Shown here piece after piece: positions 11,201 through 21,213 of a stretch of 64,000 nt of DNA. The position numbers and the translations under genes were made by a program. The stretch spans positions 64,001 through 128,000 of the forward strand of contig JAHPZJ010000028.1 of NCBI GenBank assembly GCA_019058245.1. Direction: 5' to 3'. Every line of letters begins with the position of its first letter. Position 1 is the first letter of the stretch. This DNA comes from Promethearchaeota archaeon (GTDB lineage Archaea; Asgardarchaeota; Lokiarchaeia; Sigyniarchaeales; SOKP01). The notes under the pieces are model-generated. The model made no database searches, was not told where the DNA came from, and was given only the letters and a program-made list of their open reading frames with translations.

Positions 11201-11506
11201 TTATCCACAACAACTATTGTTTTGAGGATTTTTAGCAACAGAGCGAGCATTCCATAAGCAACCACAACCTTTTTGTTCTTGTAAAAAAATTGCCATTGTA
11301 GGACAATTTCTTTTACAAGCAGAGCACTCCGTGCAAAGTTCTGGATTATTAATTTCAAATTTCCCATCTTTATTTGGAGTTGGGAGTCCAAAAGGACAGA
11401 TTTCTCCACATATACCACAACCTGTACATAAATCAGGGTTGATTGAGATCTTTGGGATATTTAATGAAATTTTAACTGATTTTGATTTTAATGTTAATTT
11501 GATCAC
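11201..11506 (-). CDS. hgcB: HgcB-like 2[4Fe-4S] ferredoxin with Cys-rich tail (homologue, non-canonical)
   Basis: CTGCGICGEICP, CTECSACKRNCP (cf. HgcB CMECGAC..NCP), GCGC, terminal SCCG; directly downstream of an hgcA-like gene. Confidence 0.7.
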   Translation of the reverse strand: MIKLTLKSKSVKISLNIPKISINPDLCTGCGICGEICPFGLPTPNKDGKFEINNPELCTECSACKRNCPTMAIFLQEQKGCGCLWNARSVAKNPQNNSCCG

Positions 11507-11558
11507 CTTTTTTTTTCCTATTAATAATATTTGTTTATATTATTTATCTTAATTTGTT

Positions 11559-13247
11559 TTAAAATATTAGAGGGAAAATGATACTAATAGCTAGAGATAT
11601 TAAACTAATTATAAATAAAACCATATTGATTTTACTGAAAATTGGATATTCTTCTTGGATCTCCCGAGGGCTAGTTGCCATAGTATATCCACTGTACGAC
11701 ATTGTAGAGAAGAATGCTAACCAAAAGTAAAAGCAAGATTGCCATAATATTAAGAAGAATGAATTATGAATAAGCCAAGATATACTACTTAATAGAAAAA
11801 CATTTATAATACCATAAATCAAACCTTTAATAATAAATCTTCGAGTGAAATTGGTAATAGGGTATAAAAACATAATTGATGCATTAGTAATAATAACCCA
11901 AAGCCAAATTTCAGCAACAATCCACATTAACCTTATTTCTACAATATTTAATATGCTTAATCCTAATATAATTAAAATTAATGCAACACTTGGCCATAAG
12001 AAAATCTTTCGAAATAAAAATGTAGTATGCGTAATAGCTGCACGCAAACGATGAGAAGCTGTAAATCTTGCTAATCTCATTTTCTCTGGCTTTCGAGCAG
12101 GGCGTTCATTTAGAAATTTAGGAATATGTTTCGCCCATACAGGTCCAAATAAGATATTATATGGGAAATTTGACGCTTCACTTTTTATTAAGGGAGATGC
12201 AATTCCTCCAGCAGAAAGTTGAGGAAGTATTAATGTTTTCTTATTAGAAATATTAGTAATATCAGTTGCTTCTACTGCTTCAATCAATTGTTTATTTCCA
12301 AAATTATTTCCTCGAGCTGCACACCAAACATTTATCCCATTAGAATCAACACATAAAACCCAAGCGTTTATCCCTTTAAGAGCACGCATTAATTTAATAT
12401 ACGTATAACTATAATTAGCAGTTACTAAAATAGGTGAATCTCTGTCAGGAATCCCCGATTTATAAATACCTGGCTCTATTGGTACATGATCTACCTGTCC
12501 TGTAAAAATACAACGATAAATGTTCATTTGCGCCCGAAATCCTTTAAACTTTTTAAACTTAGGATGATAATAACCAGGTTCTTTTAAATTATTATTCTGA
12601 ATCTTTTTTAATTCAATAACTCGAATAGAACCATGATTCCATCTTTTTTCTGCCACTAATTTAAAACCAATAGGCTCTAAATAATTGAAAAACCATTTGA
12701 CTAAAAATGTATTAGGCAATCGGAGCCTACCTAATTTTTTTTTGTACTTCCAACGTTTAATGTTAAAAAAAATTCTCCAAAGCCCAGAGGGGACAAATTC
12801 AGCGGCAAGTATCATCCGACCATTCGGTTTTAAAGCCTTCCAAGCATTTCTTAGAAAAGTTTGTTGTTCAAATGGTCTAAGTTCTGAAAGCATAAATGTA
12901 CTTACAATCAAATCTTTAGAATTATCTTCAGCAGGTAAATCAGTAATTGATCCTATTTGGTATAAAAGTTTCGTTTTGGATTCAGAAGGAAAATTTTTCA
13001 TAGCCGTGTTAATCATTTGTAAGTTTTTATCAATAGCTAGAACTTCACTCCCCTTTAACGCCATTTTTTTAGCAAGAGCTCCTGTACCGCATCCTACTTC
13101 TAGGATAATTTGTGGTGCTTTAATTCGTTCTATTATCCAATTCTGAACTTCGATATTCGTACCTTTTGTAAGTTCAGTGAATTTTGATTCATAAGTCTCA
13201 GGCTCTAATTCCAATTTCCGCATGTAGACTACAGCTATTTTATTCAC
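11559..13247 (-). CDS. hgcA: Class I SAM methyltransferase fused to HgcA-like corrinoid domain and TM domain (homologue, non-canonical)
   Basis: ILEVGCGTG SAM motif; PGIY..G.P...SPILVTANY; GINVWCAARG cap helix; LILPQL; FGPV; TM helices ending FFSTMSYSGYT..TSP. Confidence 0.8.
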   Translation of the reverse strand: MNKIAVVYMRKLELEPETYESKFTELTKGTNIEVQNWIIERIKAPQIILEVGCGTGALAKKMALKGSEVLAIDKNLQMINTAMKNFPSESKTKLLYQIGSITDLPAEDNSKDLIVSTFMLSELRPFEQQTFLRNAWKALKPNGRMILAAEFVPSGLWRIFFNIKRWKYKKKLGRLRLPNTFLVKWFFNYLEPIGFKLVAEKRWNHGSIRVIELKKIQNNNLKEPGYYHPKFKKFKGFRAQMNIYRCIFTGQVDHVPIEPGIYKSGIPDRDSPILVTANYSYTYIKLMRALKGINAWVLCVDSNGINVWCAARGNNFGNKQLIEAVEATDITNISNKKTLILPQLSAGGIASPLIKSEASNFPYNILFGPVWAKHIPKFLNERPARKPEKMRLARFTASHRLRAAITHTTFLFRKIFLWPSVALILIILGLSILNIVEIRLMWIVAEIWLWVIITNASIMFLYPITNFTRRFIIKGLIYGIINVFLLSSISWLIHNSFFLILWQSCFYFWLAFFSTMSYSGYTMATSPREIQEEYPIFSKINMVLFIISLISLAISIIFPLIF

Positions 13248-13397
13248 ACCTATTTATCGTATTTTAGAAAATTCTTTTTAATTTTTATTCATAAAAAGTC
13301 ATATTAAATTTAATTTTTCAGTCGAATAAATCAAAAAAAAAATAAAAAACTTGAGATTAAATTTTTTAAATTTTGCTTTTGATAGAATTATATTAAT

Positions 13398-13481
13398 TTA
13401 ACAACACCCTTCTTTTGATTGGGATTCCTCTTCATCATTTTTAGGTTCTTCAGAACAACATTCTTTATCTTTATCTTCCAT
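13398..13481 (-). CDS. 27-aa acidic Cys-pair peptide MEDKDKECCSEEPKNDEEESQSKEGCC (not in ORF track)
   Basis: Hand translation; ATG with upstream GAGGT SD, TAA stop, own TATA and operator. Confidence 0.7.
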   Translation of the reverse strand: MEDKDKECCSEEPKNDEEESQSKEGCC

Positions 13482-13523
13482 AAGTAATTAAGACCTCGTT
13501 TATATTTAATTGTTAGATAATTG

Positions 13524-13543
13524 ATAGTTAGGAGCCTAACTAT
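13524..13543. promoter_or_regulatory. Perfect inverted repeat ATAGTTAGG-AG-CCTAACTAT, probable MarR operator overlapping a minus-strand TATA box (13541-13548)
   Basis: 9-bp perfect arms; related site ATAATTAGG-AA-CTTAACAAA at ~13562-13581. Confidence 0.7.
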
Positions 13544-13622
13544 ATAAATGTTTCGTTTCATATAATTAGGAACTTAACAAAATAATTTAATTTAAAATTT
13601 TAAAGGAGCGTAAGTTAAAGCG

Positions 13623-14087
13623 TTAACATTTTAGTGAGTTTAATAATTTCTGAAGTAATTCTCCTAACTTTTTCACCTCTTCTTCATTGATTTCTGGACA
13701 ACACCCATTAACGATTGATTCTAAGGGAGGAGTTTCATTTTTTAAGTTTTTGCCCTTTTCTGTAAGTTTAACAAGGAGACTTCTTCTATCCGAAGGATGT
13801 AATTTGCGAGTAACTATCTTCTTTTTTTCCATTGTATCTACTACTCCTGTAATTGTAGATCTTGAACATCCACATTTTTCTGCTAATTCTTTAAATTGTT
13901 GACCATCGGATTCCCATAGCTGACTTAATATAAAATGCTGTGCTGGAGTTAGTTCTAATTCTTGAATATTATTACGCTTTAATTTTTCGTATTTCTTATT
14001 TATGGTATTAATTAAAGAAAATACATTGACAATATGTTTAGGTTTACATGAATTTTCACATAATTCATGGTTTTTTTTTTCACTCAT
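13623..14087 (-). CDS. MarR-family regulator, Cys-rich
   Basis: LTPAQHFIL..LW, ELAEKCGCSRSTIT, DRRSLLVKLTEKG; extra Cys in CENSC and GCCP. Confidence 0.9.
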   Translation of the reverse strand: MSEKKNHELCENSCKPKHIVNVFSLINTINKKYEKLKRNNIQELELTPAQHFILSQLWESDGQQFKELAEKCGCSRSTITGVVDTMEKKKIVTRKLHPSDRRSLLVKLTEKGKNLKNETPPLESIVNGCCPEINEEEVKKLGELLQKLLNSLKC

Positions 14088-14307
14088 GTCTATATTAAAT
14101 TATTAGGATCATTATAATTTATGTCCTTATAATATTTATAATCCTCAGTCTTTATTAATTTTTCAATTTTCAAAACAAAAAATTAGTTCCAAATAAGCCT
14201 AAGAGTATAAAAACCTTTGGTAAATAATTATTTTGAGTAGATAACTTTAAATATTCATTTTTACTGTCAATACATAAAAAATTTTTAGAAATTAAAGGTG
14301 AAAATAT

Positions 14308-14889
14308 ATGGAAAATAGTAATGATATAAGCGAAGAACAATTTTGGAAAGAAGCTATAAAGAAACATACTAATGCTTTTATAGTGATGATTGTAGCAGCT
14401 GTTTGTTTAATTATAGGAGCTGTTTTGACATTGTTTTGGATTATAGAGGTAAATCCTTTCGTTGACCCACAAACTGGCTTAATTGGTAATTGGACACTGA
14501 ATTATATCGTTGGATTCTTTATACAATTAATATTAGCGGAATTATTATTTGTGGGCGCTCCGGCAGCATTATTTTTTGGCTTAGGAGGATATTTATGGTG
14601 GAGTAAGTTACCCGCAGAAGATAAAGAATGGTTTAGAGCAAGAGACAAAAAAGAAAAGCACAGAAAGCAAAATTGGGGTGGTGGTGGTGGTTTTGGTTTC
14701 TTTATGTTTATTGCTTATTGTATTTATATTGCTGTTGATGGAAATTACAATACACCAATTGGGACTAAGCCATGGGGATATTGGGTTTATTCATGGTTTT
14801 TAACCTTGATGTGGATATTAATTGTGCTCGGAATTCCTGCGTTGATTATACTTATAATTGTATACTTTACTTATTGGAGAAAAAAATAA
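14308..14889 (+). CDS. Membrane protein with Gly-rich motif
   Basis: Four TM segments, WGGGGGFG. Confidence 0.75.
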   Translation: MENSNDISEEQFWKEAIKKHTNAFIVMIVAAVCLIIGAVLTLFWIIEVNPFVDPQTGLIGNWTLNYIVGFFIQLILAELLFVGAPAALFFGLGGYLWWSKLPAEDKEWFRARDKKEKHRKQNWGGGGGFGFFMFIAYCIYIAVDGNYNTPIGTKPWGYWVYSWFLTLMWILIVLGIPALIILIIVYFTYWRKK

Positions 14890-15048
14890 ATATTAATTTT
14901 AACTTTTTTTTTTATTTTTCACTAATTTTAAGAAATTTTAACCAAATGCCTTCAAAAACTTAATATATCCGCAATTTAACCTAAGTCCAAATATATTTTC
15001 TATTATTTTAATAAATCTTATTTCTTTTCAATCAATTATTCCTACTTT

Positions 15049-16224
15049 TCAAGAATTTTTAAGCGGCGTCATAAAACCCCCAGCATTTCTTTCTGTCAGG
15101 GGAATCATTTTTTCACATTCTTCTATTTGTACAACTTTATCAAAAAAGAATTCTCCTATATTTTGAGCTTTTAAATACAATTCATCGATATATTCTTCTT
15201 TAATTGAACGAAATAAAAATATTTTAAGAATCGGTTCAGGTTTATCTTCTAGATCCCAAACACCAACAGCAATCCCATCTAAAAAAATAGTTGATGTTAT
15301 ATTTCCAGATCGATCAAATATCAGATTATAATTTTTGGCACCTATATACCTTTCACGATTCTTATATCCCATTGGATATGGATCGAGTCTGGGTAATATA
15401 TTTAATGTTTGTTTTTGCGAATTAGGTAAATTATCTATCTGGTCTATATCTTCTTCAAACATTAGAAATTGTTGTTTTATATTAGTAATTTTAACTTTTA
15501 TCAATTTACTGTCTATAGCACTTAAAGCATTTCTAATTTTGGTCTTTGTTAAACCTGTCCACCAAGAGATATCATTCTCCGATACTGGTCCATATGTTTT
15601 AATATAATTCTCTACAAGGAGTTGAATTGCCTCATTTTCATCAAATTTTGTTAAATTTAGGTTAGGGAAATAGTCACCAAATGCTACATATTTATTTCTT
15701 CGATCCTTCCAATCTTTGATTGGTTTTCCTCTAATGAGTAAACCATAATTACACATAACTTGGATAATTGCTGGGATATTTGATTTGGAGTTCATTTCTT
15801 TTCTTATCTCTGATGCTGACAATTCTTTTTCTTTTAATAGTTTCAATATATTTTGTGATATATCCTGATATTCTTTCAATGTAATCTTATGAAATTCCAT
15901 AAATTTTTCGAAAGATTTACTAATTATATTAGAAGTTGCAGCATACACTATTGGAATAAAATTTTTGGTTTCAATAAAGATAGTTCTTCTCATTCCTCGT
16001 ATTCTTGCGAGATTTTTAATCAGATAGAGTTCATTTTCCAAATCATTTTTAATGAAATTATTAGTTCTTGCAAAAAGAGATAAATATGAAGTAGTAAGTT
16101 CCGTTGAATGAAGTCCACATAAATCATCAGTTATTTGTAATATATCATCAATTTTTGCATTTTGAGTTAAATGTTGTTTCTTCAAAATTAGTTTATTAAC
16201 TTGATCTAAATCCAAAATTCGCAT
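15049..16224 (-). CDS. AlkZ/HTH_42 winged-helix DNA glycosylase-like protein
   Basis: GLHSTE..SYLSLFAR, RGMRRTIF, YIKTYGPVSENDISWWTGL, LPRLDPYPMGY, DG..VGVW. Confidence 0.85.
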   Translation of the reverse strand: MRILDLDQVNKLILKKQHLTQNAKIDDILQITDDLCGLHSTELTTSYLSLFARTNNFIKNDLENELYLIKNLARIRGMRRTIFIETKNFIPIVYAATSNIISKSFEKFMEFHKITLKEYQDISQNILKLLKEKELSASEIRKEMNSKSNIPAIIQVMCNYGLLIRGKPIKDWKDRRNKYVAFGDYFPNLNLTKFDENEAIQLLVENYIKTYGPVSENDISWWTGLTKTKIRNALSAIDSKLIKVKITNIKQQFLMFEEDIDQIDNLPNSQKQTLNILPRLDPYPMGYKNRERYIGAKNYNLIFDRSGNITSTIFLDGIAVGVWDLEDKPEPILKIFLFRSIKEEYIDELYLKAQNIGEFFFDKVVQIEECEKMIPLTERNAGGFMTPLKNS

Positions 16225-16314
16225 TTTTATTTATTTTGGTTGTTAAATGATAGATAGTGTATTTATCAATTTCGATAAAAATTAAAAAAATTATATTTAA
16301 AATAATGAAAAAGG

Positions 16315-16896
16315 TTATTTACTCAACTTTTCTAGCAAAAAAGCAAAATTCTTGCCTAAATTTTCAAATGTTTCAATACCCTCTTCATCATCCAACACTT
16401 CTCCCGCTTGTCTTCCAATTCCTACATTCCAATAACTCGAACCAACAACAAACATCTGGTTTATAAGAAAGAAATAGTTTATACTTGAGAAAACATGATT
16501 TGCTCCAGCCCTCCTAACTGCTACAACTGCTGCTCCTACTTTGTGTTTTAATTTTCTTCCAGCAGCATATCCGCAACGTTCTATTAACGCTTTTGTGGTT
16601 GTTGTTAAATTAGAATAATATGTGGGAGAACCAATAATTATTCCATCAGAATTTAACATCTTTTCAATATACTTATTCATATTATCTCCAGGTAATACAC
16701 ACTTTTGATCATCATTATCTCTACATTTCATGCATGCCGTGCATCCTTGCATTTTTTCCATCCCAATCCAATTATAATCACATTCTATCCCAGCTGCTTT
16801 TAATTCATCCATAACGACATTTAAGCAATGATATGTATTTCCTTCTTTTCTGGGACTTCCATTAAATAATACCACTTTCATTATTATAGACCTCAA
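16315..16896 (-). CDS. Iron-sulfur flavoprotein / flavodoxin family (start probably MKVVLF)
   Basis: NGSPRKEGNT, CTACMKC....C, GSPTYY, GSSYWN. Confidence 0.9.
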   Translation of the reverse strand: MRSIIMKVVLFNGSPRKEGNTYHCLNVVMDELKAAGIECDYNWIGMEKMQGCTACMKCRDNDDQKCVLPGDNMNKYIEKMLNSDGIIIGSPTYYSNLTTTTKALIERCGYAAGRKLKHKVGAAVVAVRRAGANHVFSSINYFFLINQMFVVGSSYWNVGIGRQAGEVLDDEEGIETFENLGKNFAFLLEKLSK

Positions 16897-17027
16897 ATAT
16901 TATAATTTTCAAATTATTCTTCAATAATTAATACGACACTTTTAATTTTTATAAAAATCCTCTTATTATAATTAAATTTTACCTCTTTTATAATAAGAAT
17001 AAAAAAAAGAATTATTAGTTAATAATC

Positions 17028-18386
17028 TTATTTCCAAACATTTACTGCTTCTTTTAGATGTTCAATGGCTTTTATTTCATTGGGTTTGATCTTTAAAAGT
17101 AAGTCAGTACCTTTTTTTCTTTTATCTTCTGGGAACTCACCTTCAAATGTAAATGGAAATATTTCAACAAATTTTGCAAGCAAATCTTTAGACTTAGAAA
17201 ATTCTTCAGAAGCCTTTATTAACGGTTTATATTGAGGTCTATCTATGTATCGTGTTGCGACTCTTTTTAGAAACTCTACGGTTGTGGATCTACCTTCTAA
17301 TGCACAATTTGCTACATAACTATTTCCAAAATAAATTAAATTTTCTCCCTTTATTCCTTTTTGTAGGACATTTGCCCATTCTACAAAAGCTTCTGGTCCT
17401 GCAACATAAGTATCTTCATGTGCGTAATTCTTTCCTTCTGCCATACGAATCGCACGTTCAATAGCTTCCTTGTCTCTAACTTTTGGATCAACATCTATTT
17501 GCTTATCAAAGGAGAAATAATGTAATAATCCTGGTGCTTTTATTTTGTCATATGGAATTGGTGTTTCTGGTAAGCCCTGATAGTGTCGAAATGTGCTAAC
17601 AAGATAGGACTCATCTTTATAACCATAAACAATCCCATATTCTGGAACTGGAATCCCCCAAAAAACTATTGGTTTTTGATTCTCATTAAAATCTTTTTTG
17701 AAGTGATCGAATAATTTCTTGGCTTGACCTCTTTTAGGTGTATCTATGTCAATTTCACTTTCATATTTGGTTTCCTCCTTATATCCCCATTTAATTTCAA
17801 TTCCAAGGGCTTGTGTACCCTTCAGGATTTCATCATATGCTTTATGAGCTGTTGGTCCAGATGCACAAGTGTCTTTCTTTGCCACATTGATAAAAAAGGA
17901 CCACCCACTATAACCCCCCACATCAATTATACTACATTCTTGTCCAAAAGATTTTAAAACACCAGAAACTGCACCTAAATATGATATCCAACACTTTTGA
18001 TATACGGGAATATTACTAGTTCTATTTTCACCCATTTCAGTTAACCTTCTTTTCTGGAATCCTTGTGAATAATATTGTTGGATTTTTTTTCTCTCAAATA
18101 ACTCTCGAACTTTTGCATTATCATAAAATTTAGTAATTGCTTTTAGTAATTCTTGTCCATCTTGGGTAATTCGATAAAATCCCCGTTCAAAACGCTCTAT
18201 TAATTTCACTTCAATTAATGAGGTCAAATTATTTGAAAGAGCTGTCTTTTGTAATTCAGTTTGGCGTTTTAATTTACTAAAATTCAAAATTTGTTCATTT
18301 AATAGAGATAATATTTGAATTCTTTTTGGATGTGCTACTGCTTTTAGAAATTCTGTCATTCCTTCAATATTATCCAATAATAACAC
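17028..18386 (-). CDS. ArsR-type wHTH fused to a large uncharacterised C-terminal domain
   Basis: FLKAVAHPKRIQIL...L.E..LIER..RGFYRIT. Confidence 0.75.
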   Translation of the reverse strand: MLLLDNIEGMTEFLKAVAHPKRIQILSLLNEQILNFSKLKRQTELQKTALSNNLTSLIEVKLIERFERGFYRITQDGQELLKAITKFYDNAKVRELFERKKIQQYYSQGFQKRRLTEMGENRTSNIPVYQKCWISYLGAVSGVLKSFGQECSIIDVGGYSGWSFFINVAKKDTCASGPTAHKAYDEILKGTQALGIEIKWGYKEETKYESEIDIDTPKRGQAKKLFDHFKKDFNENQKPIVFWGIPVPEYGIVYGYKDESYLVSTFRHYQGLPETPIPYDKIKAPGLLHYFSFDKQIDVDPKVRDKEAIERAIRMAEGKNYAHEDTYVAGPEAFVEWANVLQKGIKGENLIYFGNSYVANCALEGRSTTVEFLKRVATRYIDRPQYKPLIKASEEFSKSKDLLAKFVEIFPFTFEGEFPEDKRKKGTDLLLKIKPNEIKAIEHLKEAVNVWK

Positions 18387-18503
18387 CTTAAATTGTTATT
18401 ATAGTAAAAATAGTCAACAACATATTTAAGTCTTCCTATGTATCCAGAACACTGTTCACGAAAAGGCGGAATAGTATAATAATATTTTTCAAAAATATAT
18501 ATT

Positions 18504-18827
18504 TCACTCAATTCTTTCCACTTTGAATATTACAGGTCGAAACCAATCAGAGCATCCAGTAATAACAGTGCCTTTATATTTCATTCCTAGTACATCTCCT
18601 CCTGACGCTACAAGCATTATATCCTTTCTTATATCTGCCCATGCCCAATGGCAGAATCCATCGGGAACCTGAGCAAGATTTGGATCAATTATTATTTCTT
18701 GACCTTCTTCAAAAATCTCGCATAGTTTCATACCAGTATATTCATCACTGATAAATTCTTCAATCAAGTCTTTATTCAATGACTTTTTCAATACTGTTAA
18801 TTTACATTTTGGCATAGATGATTTCAT
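18504..18827 (-). CDS. TIGR04076-family Cys protein
   Basis: C..F.EGQE, P.GFC.WAW.DI, GCSDWFRPVIFKVERI. Confidence 0.8.
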   Translation of the reverse strand: MKSSMPKCKLTVLKKSLNKDLIEEFISDEYTGMKLCEIFEEGQEIIIDPNLAQVPDGFCHWAWADIRKDIMLVASGGDVLGMKYKGTVITGCSDWFRPVIFKVERIE

Positions 18828-18914
18828 TTTTTAACCTCATTTATCATACAAATTTTCAAATTCTTTATTTTATAATTGCATATTATTGGATGTTAAATAA
18901 TAATTAAGTTTAAA

Positions 18915-20150
18915 ATGGAAATTCGACCAGAATTACTAGTCCCTGTTCAAGATTGGAATTCTCTTAAAATAATAAGTGGATTAGCAGACGCGATATATTT
19001 TGGTGTTGAGCAATACAATATGAGACAAAAAGCTATTAATTTTGAGAGAAAAGATTTAACTAAGATTAGTGAGTATTGTCATAATCAAAACCCACCATTA
19101 AAAGCATATTTAACCACAAATATTTTAATATATGACACAGAATTACAGGATTTAGAGTATCTAATTATAGAAGCAAAAGATGCTAAAATTGATGCGATTA
19201 TTGCCCATGATCTTGCTGTGATTCGAATTGCTAAACGTAATAAGATGAAATTTCATATATCTACACAAGCAAGTGTTTCAAATATTGAAGCGGCGAAATT
19301 TTATGAGGATTTAGGGGCAGAAAGGATCATTTTAGCCAGAGAGTTATCAATAAAACAAATAAATCTTATTAAACATTTACTTTCAAAAACAGAAATTGAA
19401 TGTTTTGTTCATGGGGCAATGTGTACATCGATTTCAGGAAGATGCTATTTTTCAGCTACTATTTGTGATTCTGAAGAATATTCTGCAAATCGAGGAAATT
19501 GTGTCCAACCTTGTAGAAGGGAATGGAGAGTTATTGATGATGAGAATAACGAATTTATCTATAATGGTCAAATGTTTTTGAATGCAAAAGATCTATGTAT
19601 GATTGAATATATTCCGGAGCTTATTGATGCTAATATCGATGCTTTTAAGATTGAAGGTAGAATGAAAGATCCCCTTTATATAAAAACAGTTTCAGAATGT
19701 TATAGAGAAGCAATAGATAGTTATTTTGATGGAACATATGGAAAAGAAAAAATTACCAACTGGTTAAAAAGGCTATCAATGGTATATAATCGAGGATTTC
19801 ATACTGGATTTTATTTTCATAGACCAACTATCGAAGATATTGAGTTAAATAGGAGAGGAAATATATCTGAATTTAAAAAACATTACATAGGAAAAATACT
19901 TTCATATGATCAAAACAGTAAGTCGGCTAATGTTTTATTAGAAAGCCTAGAATTTCCCTTAAATATTGGAGACGAAATCATAATCATAGGTTCCAATACA
20001 TATACTATCGAAACAATCAAAAAGATGATTTATAAAGGTGAGAAGATAAAAAATATATCTAGAAAAAGATATACTGATCCAGTTAAAATCAATTTACGCA
20101 TTAATAAGGAAGTCGAAGTAAACGCAAAGATTTATATCATAAAAAAATGA
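18915..20150 (+). CDS. Peptidase U32 family (RNA hydroxylation-type Fe-S protein)
   Basis: PELLVP, ADAIYFG, HISTQAS, RIILAREL, HGAMCTSISGRC, NRGNCVQPCR, KDLC, FKIEGRMK. Confidence 0.92.
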   Translation: MEIRPELLVPVQDWNSLKIISGLADAIYFGVEQYNMRQKAINFERKDLTKISEYCHNQNPPLKAYLTTNILIYDTELQDLEYLIIEAKDAKIDAIIAHDLAVIRIAKRNKMKFHISTQASVSNIEAAKFYEDLGAERIILARELSIKQINLIKHLLSKTEIECFVHGAMCTSISGRCYFSATICDSEEYSANRGNCVQPCRREWRVIDDENNEFIYNGQMFLNAKDLCMIEYIPELIDANIDAFKIEGRMKDPLYIKTVSECYREAIDSYFDGTYGKEKITNWLKRLSMVYNRGFHTGFYFHRPTIEDIELNRRGNISEFKKHYIGKILSYDQNSKSANVLLESLEFPLNIGDEIIIIGSNTYTIETIKKMIYKGEKIKNISRKRYTDPVKINLRINKEVEVNAKIYIIKK

Positions 20151-20157
20151 TTTTTAT

Positions 20158-20877
20158 GTGAAACATCACTCGATAGTAGGCATTATGGTTTCAATAGTAA
20201 AAATGAATTTTGAAGAAAAGAGAAAGCAACTGGTTGAAAGTCTTAAAGAAAGGGGTATTCTAACTAAAGAAGAAGTAATTAAAGCAATGTCTATTGTACC
20301 AAGACATAAATTTGTTCCAAAAGAGGCTGAATCAAGTGCATATATTGACTCGCCTCTTTCAATTGGATTAGGACAAACTATCAGCGCTCCTCACATGAAT
20401 GCTATGATGTGTGAGTGTTTAGAATTATCTGAAGGAGAAAAAGTATTAGAAATAGGAACTGGTTCGGGGTATCATGCTGCTTTATGTGCAGAATTAGTTG
20501 CCCCAGAAAGTTCAGAAAATCCTGGTCATGTATTCACAATTGAACGTCATGAAGGATTAGTAAAACGTGCTAAAGAGGGCCTAAAAAAAACTGGATATGA
20601 TAAAAAAGTTACAGTAATTCATGGAGATGGAACTCTGGGATTTCCCAAAGAAGCACCTTATGATAAAATATTGGTGACAGCCGCTTCTCCTACGAAGATT
20701 CCTACTCCCTTGAAAGACCAGTTAAAGGAAGGAGGAATTATTTGTATTCCCGTAGGATCTAAGAGCTTTTCTCAAAATTTATATACTATTAAAAAACTTA
20801 AAGGAAATTTTGACTCAAAGAAAATAACTGGTGTTCGTTTTGTCCCTCTTATTGGAGAATATGGTTTTGAAAGCTAG
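20158..20877 (+). CDS. pcm: Protein-L-isoaspartate O-methyltransferase (start likely at a downstream Met)
   Basis: VPRHKFV, GQTISAPHM, VLEIGTGSGYHAA, GDGTLG..APYDKILVTAA, VRFVPL. Confidence 0.95.
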   Translation: MKHHSIVGIMVSIVKMNFEEKRKQLVESLKERGILTKEEVIKAMSIVPRHKFVPKEAESSAYIDSPLSIGLGQTISAPHMNAMMCECLELSEGEKVLEIGTGSGYHAALCAELVAPESSENPGHVFTIERHEGLVKRAKEGLKKTGYDKKVTVIHGDGTLGFPKEAPYDKILVTAASPTKIPTPLKDQLKEGGIICIPVGSKSFSQNLYTIKKLKGNFDSKKITGVRFVPLIGEYGFES

Positions 20878-20890
20878 ATATTAAAAATAA

Positions 20891-21046
20891 CTATTTAAGT
20901 AATAAACTGTTTAAACATTTCTCAAGTTTTTTATTTTTAAGTTGTGTTCTAATATTCTTGACGAATTTTGATCTCTCAATACATTCATGTAGATACTCAT
21001 CACAACAGTTCCAACTTAAACATTCTGTATTATTATTAGCTTTCAT
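20891..21046 (-). CDS. 51-aa small protein MKANNNTECLSWNCCDEYLHECIERSKFVKNIRTQLKNKKLEKCLNSLLLK (not in ORF track)
   Basis: Hand translation; gap-free similarity to adjacent 47-aa ORF. Confidence 0.65.
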   Translation of the reverse strand: MKANNNTECLSWNCCDEYLHECIERSKFVKNIRTQLKNKKLEKCLNSLLLK

Positions 21047-21213
21047 AATTCAGATCTATTTTTAGTTAATTTTTGTATTGTCTATTCATATGAGAAGAAT
21101 CTAACTATATTAATGTAGCATCTAGAAATTGGAATAGATCATACTAGAACCTTTTCAATTTATAAAAAGAGTAAGATTTGCATTTATAAAAACTAAGTTA
21201 TGATAATAAATAT

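Noticed and set aside
11559-13247. Calling this a proven mercury methylase
   Set aside because: The cap helix (NVWCAARG) and ferredoxin motif (CTECSAC) deviate from canonical HgcA/HgcB; function is untested
18447-18472. Short palindrome GAACACTGTTC upstream of the ArsR-fusion gene
   Set aside because: Arms are only 5 bp; could be chance
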